The position numbers and the translations under genes were made by a program. The notes under the pieces were generated by a model. The model searched no databases, was not told the DNA's origin, and saw only the letters and a program-made list of their open reading frames with translations. Below, piece after piece: positions 56,595 through 64,000 of a DNA stretch of 64,000 nucleotides (the stretch's first letter is position 1; every line of letters starts with the position of its first letter). Location: NCBI GenBank assembly GCA_002293125.1, contig DBCR01000018.1, positions 10,602 through 74,601 of the forward strand. Direction: 5' to 3'. Origin of the DNA: Opitutia bacterium UBA953. Its GTDB lineage: Bacteria > Verrucomicrobiota > Verrucomicrobiia > Opitutales > UBA953.

Positions 56595-57665
56595 TCAGGC
56601 TTCCTCCGGGGTCGAGGAAATCACCGCATTCGCCTCGGCCAGCGAGGTCAGCATACGGTGGCCGGCACCGTGGCCAAGGGCTTCCAGACCTAGGCGAATG
56701 GCGCTGGCGATGCTCTGGCGGTTGCTTGAGCCGTGGGCCTTCATGACGAGTCCGGTGAGGCCGAGTAATGGCGCTCCACCGTAACGTTCTGGTTTCAATT
56801 TGCCTTTGAGGTCGCGCAGGAGGGGGAACATCGCGATGCCCCCGGCCAAGTAGACGGGATTGCTCTTCACCTTGCTGCCGACCATGTCGCGGACCATGTA
56901 GACGAGGCCTTCCAGGGTCTTGAGGATCACGTTACCCGTGAAGCCGTCAGTCACGACGACATCGCAAGCGTCGCCAAAGACGTCGAATCCTTCGACAGGG
57001 CCGACGTAATTGATGCGATCTCCCATGGCCTTCAGGAGGGAGTGGGTGCGATTGATGCGCGCGCCGCCTTTGCCTTCTTCGGTGCCGACCGAGAGGAGGC
57101 CGATGCGCGGGCTGACGATACCGAGGGCGCTTTGGGCGTAGATGGAACCGAGGACGGCGTTATGCACCATCTGGGCGGGCGTAGCCTCAGGGTTGGCGCC
57201 CACGTCGAGCATGACGAAATGGCCTTCACGGCGCGGCATGATGGCGGCGAGGGCAGGGCGTTCGGCGCCTTCCATCGGGCGGACCTTGATGGTACCCGCG
57301 GCGACGAGGGCCTTGGTGTTGCCGGTCGAGATGACGACGTCGACTTCGCCAGCCTTGAGCATCTCAAGGGCGATCACCATGGAGGAATCACGCTTCGACT
57401 TGAGCACGGCCATCGGGGCGTCGTCCGGAGCCACGATGCTGGCGGCGTGGCGGAAGCTGACGCGGCTGTTCTTCAGCGTACGATGCTCGATCGCGAGCAT
57501 GCGTAGGTTATCTTCATGGCCGACGAGCACCAAGGCGTCGTCCGGCCCGATGATGCCTTCCTTGAAAGCGACGGCGGCAGCGGCCACGGCTTCCGAAGGC
57601 CCCATATCGCCACCCATGCAATCCAGGGCGATACGATGACCTTTCTTCAGAGGGGCGTCGCTCAT
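56595..57665 (-). CDS. plsX: Phosphate acyltransferase PlsX
   Basis: IALDCMGGD N-terminus and DGFTGNV motif. Conserved rpmF-plsX-fabH order. Confidence 0.95.
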   Translation of the reverse strand: MSDAPLKKGHRIALDCMGGDMGPSEAVAAAAVAFKEGIIGPDDALVLVGHEDNLRMLAIEHRTLKNSRVSFRHAASIVAPDDAPMAVLKSKRDSSMVIALEMLKAGEVDVVISTGNTKALVAAGTIKVRPMEGAERPALAAIMPRREGHFVMLDVGANPEATPAQMVHNAVLGSIYAQSALGIVSPRIGLLSVGTEEGKGGARINRTHSLLKAMGDRINYVGPVEGFDVFGDACDVVVTDGFTGNVILKTLEGLVYMVRDMVGSKVKSNPVYLAGGIAMFPLLRDLKGKLKPERYGGAPLLGLTGLVMKAHGSSNRQSIASAIRLGLEALGHGAGHRMLTSLAEANAVISSTPEEA

Positions 57666-57692
57666 GGGGTCGGGCTGGGCCCGGAGAGGAGC

Positions 57693-57872
57693 TTAAGCTC
57701 CGGCATCCAGCACCTGACGGCCGCGGTACTTGCCCGAGGTGGGGTCGACGCGGTGGGAGCGGCGGAGGGCGCCGGATTCGCCGTCTTTGACGAGTTTCGG
57801 GGCGCGGAACTGGTTGGCGGCGCGACGGAGTCGGCTGCGGCGTTTGGACTGTTTACGTTTCGGATTGGCCAT
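57693..57872 (-). CDS. rpmF: 50S ribosomal protein L32
   Basis: Absent from the ORF track because it is shorter than 60 aa. The minus-strand translation is MANPKRKQSKRRSRLRRAANQFRAPKLVKDGESGALRRSHRVDPTSGKYRGRQVLDAGA (59 aa). This is the L32 signature N-terminus, in the position expected upstream of plsX. Confidence 0.85.
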   Translation of the reverse strand: MANPKRKQSKRRSRLRRAANQFRAPKLVKDGESGALRRSHRVDPTSGKYRGRQVLDAGA

Positions 57873-57975
57873 GGTTCTACGCTGGGATGAGGGTTGGTTC
57901 TACCCCTCCCTCCCCCTCGGTCAAGCCCCCTTTCCATTCCCTTGCGATTGTGGGCCGGTTTGTTTGGCTGGCCTT

Positions 57976-58524
57976 ATGCCCGGCCATCCCGCCCTTTTCC
58001 TCGATCGTGACGGTAACCTGATCCGCGACCACCACCATACCTGCCGGGAGGAGCAGATTGAGCTGATTCCGGAGGTGAAGCCAGCCCTGGAGGCCTGCCT
58101 GCGGGCCGGCTACCGTCTCTTCGTGCTGACCAACCAGAGCGGCATCAACCGTGGCATCTTCACCTGGGCGCAATACGAGGCGTGCAATCGCCGCATGCTC
58201 GAACTGTTGGCGCTGCCGGCTCCGGGCATCCTGGAGATCAAGGCGGCGCCGGAGCGGCCCGATGAACCTTCCCTGTATCGTAAGCCGAGTCCCCGTTTCA
58301 TCTTGGAGAAGATCGCGGAACATGGACTCGATCCGGCACGCTGTTGGATGACGGGCGACCGTGCCACGGACTGGGAGGCCGGGCTTAACGCCGGCATCCG
58401 TTCGTGCGCCATGCGCAGCGGCGCGGCTAAACCAGAGGAGCTTTGGGAGGCGGCCCGCCGTGGTTTCGCGGTACACGATGATTTTCCTGCATTCGTGCGC
58501 GCGGAACTGAAGCTGGCTTTCTAG
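57976..58524 (+). CDS. HAD-IIIA phosphatase (D,D-heptose 1,7-bisphosphate phosphatase GmhB-like)
   Basis: ALFLDRDGNLI (DxDG motif I) and LFVLTNQSGINRG (motif II). ATG at 57976. Confidence 0.7.
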   Translation: MPGHPALFLDRDGNLIRDHHHTCREEQIELIPEVKPALEACLRAGYRLFVLTNQSGINRGIFTWAQYEACNRRMLELLALPAPGILEIKAAPERPDEPSLYRKPSPRFILEKIAEHGLDPARCWMTGDRATDWEAGLNAGIRSCAMRSGAAKPEELWEAARRGFAVHDDFPAFVRAELKLAF

Positions 58525-58532
58525 GCCAACAA

Positions 58533-58560
58533 AAAGGACGAACCGGTGGGTTCGTCCTTT
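58533..58560. terminator. Bidirectional terminator hairpin between convergent genes
   Basis: AAAGGACGAACC-GGTG-GGTTCGTCCTTT, preceded by AACAAAA on the plus strand, which gives a T-tract on the minus strand. Confidence 0.7.
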
Positions 58561-58578
58561 GATCGCCTGGAAAGGAAA

Positions 58579-58902
58579 TTAGGCCTTCGGCTTTTCCTTA
58601 TCGCAGGGGCACTTGTCTTCCTTCTTGTCGTCGCCGGCAGCAGCCTTGGGCTTTTCCTTGTCGGACGGGCAACCGTCGCACTTCTTCTTTTCTTCGGAAA
58701 CGAGGGAGGCCTTGGGCTTTTCCTTGTCGGACGGGCAACCGTCGCACTTCTTCTTTTCTTCGGAGACGAGGGAGGCCTTAGGCTTTTCCTTGTCGGACGG
58801 GCAACCGTCGCACTTCTTCTTTTCTTCGGCGCTGACGAAGGCAGCGGAGAGAGCGAGGATACCGACGGTGAGGGTCAGGAGTTTGAGGAACTTGGAGTTC
58901 AT
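58579..58902 (-). CDS. Small secreted Cys-rich tandem-repeat protein
   Basis: Signal peptide MNSKFLKLLTLTVGILALSAAFVSA. Then three identical 22-aa units EEKKKCDGCPSDKEKPKASLVS (the last truncated) plus a degenerate unit DDKKEDKCPCDKEKPKA. Confidence 0.75.
   Translation of the reverse strand: MNSKFLKLLTLTVGILALSAAFVSAEEKKKCDGCPSDKEKPKASLVSEEKKKCDGCPSDKEKPKASLVSEEKKKCDGCPSDKEKPKAAAGDDKKEDKCPCDKEKPKA
58645..58829. repeat. 66-bp direct tandem repeat, about 2.8 near-identical copies
   Basis: Copies start at 58645, 58711 and 58777. The unit is CTTGGGCTTTTCCTTGTCGGACGGGCAACCGTCGCACTTCTTCTTTTCTTCGGAAACGAGGGAGGC, with only 1-2 substitutions between copies. A degenerate copy lies at about 58585-58644. 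The repeat is in-frame inside the CDS. Confidence 0.9.
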
Positions 58903-58943
58903 GATAGATGACTATGGTTGGTGAATCCTAGCCCAAGTCAATC

Positions 58944-58963
58944 GGCCGGAGGTCATTCCGGCC
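58944..58963 (-). terminator. Weak hairpin between the binding-protein gene and the Cys-repeat gene
   Basis: GGCCGGA-GGTCAT-TCCGGCC 7-bp stem with no clear U-tract. It could be a terminator or a 5' leader structure. Confidence 0.3.
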
Positions 58964-58975
58964 AGTGAGTTTACC

Positions 58976-59770
58976 CTACCGACCGATCGCGTTACGGATG
59001 CGGGCAATCTCGTCCAATGACTTCGTTAAACCGCTGCCAGGCAACCAGTTGCTACCACTATTGACCTGATAGACGTGCTTGTTCTTAACGCAGCCCAGGT
59101 CTCTGACTCCGGGGATTCGCCCCATTTCAGTGGCTTTTTCAGGGCTGGTCGTGATGAGGCTGTCCACTCCGGAATTTTGGACCCAGAGCACGGCGTCCGG
59201 TTTTGCAGCGACCAGGAGCTCCCAGTCGAACTTCAACCAGGCGCCGCGCGACAGGGCGGATTGCAACCCGGCGGCGGCCAAGGGTTCGGCAAGATAACTT
59301 TCCGGGCCGGCCATGACTCCATCCCAGATGACGATGATTTTTCGCGTCGGCGTCGCAGGCCGATTGGCGAAGGTCGCGGCAATCTTCTTTGCGGCATCGG
59401 TGCGTCCAGTCGCTTCGCCGATGAGAAGGATGTCCTTGCTGACGGAGTCGCGTGACTCCGGGTTCAGGACGAGCGTTCGCAGCCCGGCCTTCGCGCACTT
59501 CTCCGCCCAGAGTGGATTCGCCATGCGCGGGAGAATGACGAGGTCGGGCTTGGTCTTCAGCAGGCGCTCGAGGTCAGGCAGGAAGACGTCGGCGTCGCGC
59601 GCGGCCAGATGTTCTTTCAGGAGCGGACACCAGCGAGTCGCCATGACGATCTCCGTTGAGCAGCCTAGATCGATCAACGTCTGCGTCGCGCCCGGGCTGA
59701 AGCTGGCGATACGGTGACCAGCGGCGCTCAGCGTCAGGCAGGTCGCGAGCCAGAGGAAGAGCGGGCGCAT
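58976..59770 (-). CDS. Periplasmic substrate-binding protein, class 8 (BtuF / Fe-siderophore type)
   Basis: Signal peptide, then RIASFSPGATQTLIDLG and KPDLVIL blocks typical of BtuF/FhuD-like binding proteins. 264 aa. Confidence 0.7.
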   Translation of the reverse strand: MRPLFLWLATCLTLSAAGHRIASFSPGATQTLIDLGCSTEIVMATRWCPLLKEHLAARDADVFLPDLERLLKTKPDLVILPRMANPLWAEKCAKAGLRTLVLNPESRDSVSKDILLIGEATGRTDAAKKIAATFANRPATPTRKIIVIWDGVMAGPESYLAEPLAAAGLQSALSRGAWLKFDWELLVAAKPDAVLWVQNSGVDSLITTSPEKATEMGRIPGVRDLGCVKNKHVYQVNSGSNWLPGSGLTKSLDEIARIRNAIGR

Positions 59771-60672
59771 CAGGCCGAAAGCAGGCGCGCGAGGCGCATC
59801 GCCGAATCGAAGCTTCCGCGGTCCGCCTTGCCTTGGCCGGCGATTTCGTAGGCGGTGCCGTGGTCAGGGCTCGTGCGCACGTGCTTCAGCCCGAGGCTGA
59901 GGTTGGCCGACGTCGAGAAGTCCACGGCCTTCAGCGGCGCGAGGCCTTGGTCGTGGTAGATGGCGGCGACGGCGTCGAACTCACCCTGCAGGTGGCGGTG
60001 GAAAACGGTGTCGCCCGGCAGCGGGCCGACGACTTCATGCCCTTCGGCGCGCAAGGCTTCGACGGCCGGCCTGATGATGGCATCGTCTTCCTTCCCCAGT
60101 AGGCCGCCTTCGCCGGCGTGCGGGTTCAGTCCGCAGACGGCGATGCGTGGCCGACGGTCGCCGAGCTTCACACGGAGTGAAATGAGCGCGAGTACCGTGC
60201 GACGGATATCCGCGGCGGTGACGTTGCGCGGTACGTCGGCGAGCGGGAGATGCCAGGTGACAAGCCCGACGGTCATTTTGCCCCCAGCGAAGGCCATCAC
60301 GGGCTCGCCACTCCAACGCGATGCGAAGAATTCCGTCTGGCCGGGAAAGGTATAGCCCACGCCAGCGAGGCCCTTCTTGTTCACGGGTCCAGTGACGACG
60401 GCGGCGAAGCGCTCACCGGAGGCGCCGCGGGCCGCCATCTCCATCGCGTCGATCGCGATGAGCTGTCCAGCGTCGTCGGGTTTGCCGGGACGGGTGACGA
60501 AATCTTTCGGCCCGACGGAGATGCCTTGGCCGAGCCGTGCGATCCAATCGGCCGGGCCGATGGGCACGACGGTGGGCGCTGATTCCGGGTGCGCTTTAAG
60601 CCAGCTGGCGAGGAGTTCCGGGCCGACTCCGGCTGGATCTCCGCAGGTGACGGCGATGGGCAAGGAACTCAT
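59770..60672 (-). CDS. pdxA: 4-hydroxythreonine-4-phosphate dehydrogenase
   Basis: IAVTCGDPAGVGPEL, GLNPHAGEGG and TSPDHGTAYEIAG motifs. Confidence 0.95.
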   Translation of the reverse strand: MSSLPIAVTCGDPAGVGPELLASWLKAHPESAPTVVPIGPADWIARLGQGISVGPKDFVTRPGKPDDAGQLIAIDAMEMAARGASGERFAAVVTGPVNKKGLAGVGYTFPGQTEFFASRWSGEPVMAFAGGKMTVGLVTWHLPLADVPRNVTAADIRRTVLALISLRVKLGDRRPRIAVCGLNPHAGEGGLLGKEDDAIIRPAVEALRAEGHEVVGPLPGDTVFHRHLQGEFDAVAAIYHDQGLAPLKAVDFSTSANLSLGLKHVRTSPDHGTAYEIAGQGKADRGSFDSAMRLARLLSA

Positions 60673-61448
60673 TCGGGCGAGACGAAGCGGCCACGCTTAC
60701 CGCCGAGAAAGAAGTTTAGGAAATCACGCGCCTCCAAGGTCTGGTAGTTGCCTTCGCTCAGGGCTTTCTGCGCGAGCGTGGCGCAGGTGCCGTGGGTGGC
60801 GTAGACTGCGTGGTAGGCCTGCTTGATCTCCGCGACGGCGGGGGCTGGCACGGCACGACGGCGCAGTCCGATGAGGTTGAGTCCAGAGATCAAGTTGCGC
60901 CCGTGGGCCAGCGCGTTGGGCGGCACGTCTTCAGTGATGACGGCGTTACCCGAGACGAGCGCCCCGCCGCCGATACGGCAGAATTGGTGCACCGCCACGC
61001 CCCCGCTGATGAAGGCCTTATCTCCGACGGACACGTGGCCACCGAGCATGCAGCCGTTGGCGAGGATGACCCGATCGCCGAGTATGCAATCGTGGGCGAC
61101 ATGGCTACCGGCCATGAGCAAACCATCCGCGCCGATGACGGTGTGCGTGCCGGCCTTGGTGGCGCGGTGGATGGTGACGTGTTCGCGGATGACCGTGCGG
61201 TCGCCGACGCGCGTGCCAGAGTCCGTCGCGGGGTCGAAGGAAAGATCCTGCGGATCACCGCCGACGACGGCGAAGTGGTCGACGCGTACGCCGGCCCCGA
61301 GTTCAGTCCGTGCCTTTACGATGGCATGCGCCGCGATGCGGCAGCCGGATCCGAGCGTCGCGCCGGCTTCGATGATCGCGAACGGTCCGACCTCGACGTC
61401 GGTCGCGAGTCGGGCGGAAGGGTGGACCTGGGCGGAAGGGTGGATCAC
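60669..61448 (-). CDS. lpxA: Acyl-ACP:UDP-N-acetylglucosamine O-acyltransferase
   Basis: MIHPSAQVHPSA start, a long run of left-handed beta-helix hexapeptide repeats, and a C-terminal helical domain. 259 aa. Confidence 0.9.
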   Translation of the reverse strand: MIHPSAQVHPSARLATDVEVGPFAIIEAGATLGSGCRIAAHAIVKARTELGAGVRVDHFAVVGGDPQDLSFDPATDSGTRVGDRTVIREHVTIHRATKAGTHTVIGADGLLMAGSHVAHDCILGDRVILANGCMLGGHVSVGDKAFISGGVAVHQFCRIGGGALVSGNAVITEDVPPNALAHGRNLISGLNLIGLRRRAVPAPAVAEIKQAYHAVYATHGTCATLAQKALSEGNYQTLEARDFLNFFLGGKRGRFVSPE

Positions 61449-62056
61449 TTCGGAGGGTTGGCGCTGCCGAACAGTTCAAGTTGGGCGGCTTTGACCATAT
61501 CGTAGACGCGGAGCAGGCGGAGCAACTGCAACGTGTCGGATTTGGCGTAACTCTGGTTCGATTCGACCACTTGGACGAGGTTCTCGAGGATTGTCCGAAA
61601 GGTCAGCACATGGTCGACGCCGCTTTCGCGGAGCAGGGTGATGCTTTCGGAGCGCTGCGGTTCGGTGGACGGGATGCCCGGTAGCACCAGGATTTTCGCC
61701 ATGGGCTGGTCCTCGGGCGATGTCAGATCGGCGAACGCCTCCTTCGCGGCCTTGACGGCTTCCTCGCGGACGAACTCGAGGAGGTCACCCTTCTTGATCA
61801 TCGTCGGGGTGATGGCCTTGGTCGTATGCCAGGCTTTCACCGCGACGACGGCGGCACCGATTTTCGGCAGGTCCGAGCTGAAAAGCTGGAAGGGGGCATC
61901 GGCTCCGCGGAGCGGCGCCGGATTGATCACCAGCAGATCGCCTTCTTCATCGGCGCGTTTCCTGCGGGATTGGACGGCGTACTTGCGCGACTGACGCACG
62001 AAGAAACCGTTCATCTCGAAATACTCGCGGACCAGACTGTCGTCGAAACCCGCCAT
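61445..62056 (-). CDS. Hypothetical protein, translationally coupled to lpxA
   Basis: 203 aa. Its stop overlaps the lpxA start by 4 nt. I recognise no family (see findings for a tentative nuclease-fold resemblance). Confidence 0.6.
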   Translation of the reverse strand: MAGFDDSLVREYFEMNGFFVRQSRKYAVQSRRKRADEEGDLLVINPAPLRGADAPFQLFSSDLPKIGAAVVAVKAWHTTKAITPTMIKKGDLLEFVREEAVKAAKEAFADLTSPEDQPMAKILVLPGIPSTEPQRSESITLLRESGVDHVLTFRTILENLVQVVESNQSYAKSDTLQLLRLLRVYDMVKAAQLELFGSANPPK

Positions 62057-62110
62057 TGGCTGATAGGATGCGGGCGAGGGGGCGGTTTGGTCAACCCGCG
62101 ATAAAAGACC

Positions 62111-62839
62111 TCAAAGGACGAAGCCGGCCGGAGCAATCGCCACGGTGAACTCACCCTTGAGTGAGCCCGCCTTCAGCGCTGGCACCAGTTCCGAAAGGGC
62201 GGAGGTGCGGATCGTCTCGTGCAGCTTGGTGAGTTCGCGGCCGACGCATGCGACCCGCTCGGGACCGAGAATCTCCAGCATCTCGTCCAGGAAGTCGCTG
62301 ATGCGGTGGCAGGACTCGTGAAGTACGATAGTCTCATCGGCCTCCTTGAGGCCTTCGAGGAAGCGACGGCGGGCCGCGGATTTCGGCGGCAGGAAGCCGA
62401 CGAAGCGGAACGCGTTGGTCGGGAGTCCGGAGGCAGAGAGCAGGGCCACGATCGCGCACGGGCCAGGCAAAGGGGTGACGGTTAGGCCGCGCCGCCGGCA
62501 TTCGCGGGTGACGCGAAAGCCGGGGTCACTGATGCCTGGCGTGCCTGCATCGGTGATCAGGGCGATCTTCGCGCCGCCGGCGATCTTGTCGGCGATCAGG
62601 ACGGCGGCGTCCTTCTCGTTGTGCTCATGGTAGGCGAGCATCGGCTTGGAGATCGCGAGGTGGCGAAGCAGGCCGCCGGTCACGCGCGTATCTTCGCAGG
62701 CGACCAGGTCGCATTCCGCGATGGCCTCGCGGGCGCGGGCGGTGATGTCGCCGAGGTTACCCAACGGCGTAGCCACGACCCAGAGCCGTCCGGCCGGTCC
62801 CTGCGGACGGCCAGCGGCACCTGCGTCGGCGGGCGACAT
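62111..62839 (-). CDS. rsmI: 16S rRNA (cytidine1402-2'-O)-methyltransferase
   Basis: LWVVATPLGNLGDIT and LVACEDTRVTGGLL motifs (tetrapyrrole-methylase fold). Confidence 0.9.
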   Translation of the reverse strand: MSPADAGAAGRPQGPAGRLWVVATPLGNLGDITARAREAIAECDLVACEDTRVTGGLLRHLAISKPMLAYHEHNEKDAAVLIADKIAGGAKIALITDAGTPGISDPGFRVTRECRRRGLTVTPLPGPCAIVALLSASGLPTNAFRFVGFLPPKSAARRRFLEGLKEADETIVLHESCHRISDFLDEMLEILGPERVACVGRELTKLHETIRTSALSELVPALKAGSLKGEFTVAIAPAGFVL

Positions 62840-63009
62840 CAGCGTCGGTAGCCGGAACCCGGCGTCGATACGCCTGGGAGGCCGCCCTGCCAGCTGGAAG
62901 GCTGGGACAGGGGGAGCATGGAGTCGGCTGGCTTCTCGACGGTCTCACAACCTGTCAGACCAAGAAGGCAGGCAAACAGGGCGAAGGCGATGAGCGTGCG
63001 GCCGAACAT
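62839..63009 (-). CDS. Small lipoprotein (56 aa), not in ORF track
   Basis: The minus-strand translation is MFGRTLIAFALFACLLGLTGCETVEKPADSMLPLSQPSSWQGGLPGVSTPGSGYRR, with lipobox LTGC. ATGA overlaps occur at both ends, with the upstream gene stop at 63009-63011 and the rsmI start at 62837-62839. Confidence 0.5.
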   Translation of the reverse strand: MFGRTLIAFALFACLLGLTGCETVEKPADSMLPLSQPSSWQGGLPGVSTPGSGYRR

Positions 63010-63950
63010 CAGTTGAGCGTGATCTTAGTGGAGGGAGCGAGAGACACCGAGTCGGCCTTGGAGATGGCGCGGATGTCGAGTTCCTTGTCAGGCTGCAGCT
63101 GGCCGAAGGACAGGACTCCCTTGACGGTCGAGATCTGGACCTTGCCGACCTTCTTGCCGGCGATTTTCACGTCAAAGATGTCCTTGGCCTTGATACCGTT
63201 GGCTTCGCCGACCGAGAAGGCGACGATGCCGGAGTCGGCGTCGAGGGCGAGAACGTAGGTCAGGATGTTTTCGATCGGCGCATCGACGGCGACGACGGCT
63301 GGGGCATCATCACCCGGCTTGGCGGGCTCGCCGAGAGGGTCGCTGGCGAAGCCGAAGGGGGACGGGTTGTTATCCATCGCGCGGGAGACCTTGGCGTGGA
63401 GGCCGCGGTATTTGCCGATGATGAGTTCGGCTTTCTGTTCGGCGTTGGTAGCCTTGGTTTCGATTTCAGCGAGCTGTTCTTTCGTGAACATGGCGGCAGC
63501 CTTTTCAGTGGCCTTGACGAGCTCTTCCTTGGTGCTGGCGAGGGCGGCTTCCGCGCCGTCCTTCTTGCTGTTGGCGTCGGTCAGCTGGGCGGCGAGTTCG
63601 TCGCGCTTGCGGGTGAGTTCGGCGCGTTCGCCTTCCAGCGTGGTGTTCGCGGCGGTGAGGCCCTCGATCTTCATCTTCTTGTCGGCGACGTCGGCGATGA
63701 AATCCTTCTTTTCTAGTTCGAGGTCGTTGATGCTCTTGCGCTTGGCGGTAAGGAGGGGGCCAACGGTTAAGAGCGAAGTCATGCGGGCGTCATATTCCTT
63801 GCCGGCCTTAACTTCGGCGTCGGTCACGGCCCAGGCGGTGTTCGTGAGGGCGAGATCCATCTTGCCTTTCAGGAGGAAGGCAAAGACGGCGGCGGCGCTG
63901 GCGGCGACGACGGTCAGGACGCGGAGGAAGGTGTTGAGCTTCTTGTTCAT
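63009..63950 (-). CDS. Membrane-anchored coiled-coil protein
   Basis: N-terminal TM FLRVLTVVAASAAAVFAFLL and about 150 aa of heptad-like K/E/A/L-rich sequence. The C-terminal region is beta-rich (IVAFSVGEANGIKAKDIFDVKIAGKKVGKVQISTV). Confidence 0.65.
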   Translation of the reverse strand: MNKKLNTFLRVLTVVAASAAAVFAFLLKGKMDLALTNTAWAVTDAEVKAGKEYDARMTSLLTVGPLLTAKRKSINDLELEKKDFIADVADKKMKIEGLTAANTTLEGERAELTRKRDELAAQLTDANSKKDGAEAALASTKEELVKATEKAAAMFTKEQLAEIETKATNAEQKAELIIGKYRGLHAKVSRAMDNNPSPFGFASDPLGEPAKPGDDAPAVVAVDAPIENILTYVLALDADSGIVAFSVGEANGIKAKDIFDVKIAGKKVGKVQISTVKGVLSFGQLQPDKELDIRAISKADSVSLAPSTKITLN

Positions 63951-64000
63951 GGGGTAGGTGAAGGGGTAGGGCTGGGGTTAGGAATGGCTGAAGAGGGTCT

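Noticed and set aside
57662-57937. 91-aa minus-strand ORF upstream of plsX.
   Set aside because: It overlaps the much better supported 59-aa L32 gene in another frame and has Pro/Ser/Ala-rich composition with no motifs.
58645-58829. Possible CRISPR-like or minisatellite array (regular 66-bp periodicity).
   Set aside because: The copies are directly adjacent with no unique spacers. They are in-frame within a signal-peptide-bearing ORF, and no cas genes are nearby. This is a coding tandem repeat, not a CRISPR array.
62757-62948. 63-aa minus-strand ORF between rsmI and the coiled-coil gene.
   Set aside because: It is Arg/Pro/Ser-rich with no signal or motifs. The alternative frame gives a lipobox-containing ORF with ATGA coupling at both ends.

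Overview
GC-rich, densely coding bacterial chromosomal segment with about 60 protein genes and 2 tRNAs. I saw no rRNA, CRISPR array, transposase or integrase. Most of the window is core housekeeping: rplM-rpsI; a contiguous arginine operon argC-argJ-argB-argD-argF-argG; tRNA-Cys; ispF; ndk; serS; tilS-ftsH; coaE; a type IV pilus/T2SS-like motor block (pilB-like, pilT, second pilB/gspE-like, pilC); an initiator-like tRNA-Met; mutL and uvrB; nadE; thrB-thrC; an ExbB-ExbD-ExbD block preceded by two large secreted helical-repeat proteins; rlmN; rpe; an envelope/lipid string (rpmF-plsX-fabH, BamD-like, LptE-like); a btuF-like binding protein, pdxA, lpxA; rsmI. The very long GreA homologue and overall gene content suggest a PVC-group (Verrucomicrobiota-like) organism, but that is inference only. 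The many long ORFs antisense to recognisable genes are the usual high-GC artefact. The most unusual locus is 21.6-25.7 kb. It holds three tandem paralogous envelope proteins sharing a core with a DxSxS (MIDAS-like) block. Two of them are anchored by a TonB-type SxxxH transmembrane helix but lack any TonB C-terminal domain. The only ExbB/ExbD motor in the window (42.8-44.5 kb) has no adjacent TonB gene. I propose, as a hypothesis only, that these are parts of one energised envelope system. Other points worth a second look: a small secreted protein built from near-perfect 66-bp tandem repeats carrying CxxC motifs; duplicated PilB-type ATPases with no pilin or secretin genes nearby; two short genes missing from the ORF track (rpmF and a 56-aa lipoprotein); and an AT-rich trailer behind the tRNA-Met. 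No database or structure search could be run, so all family assignments rest on motifs read directly from the translations.
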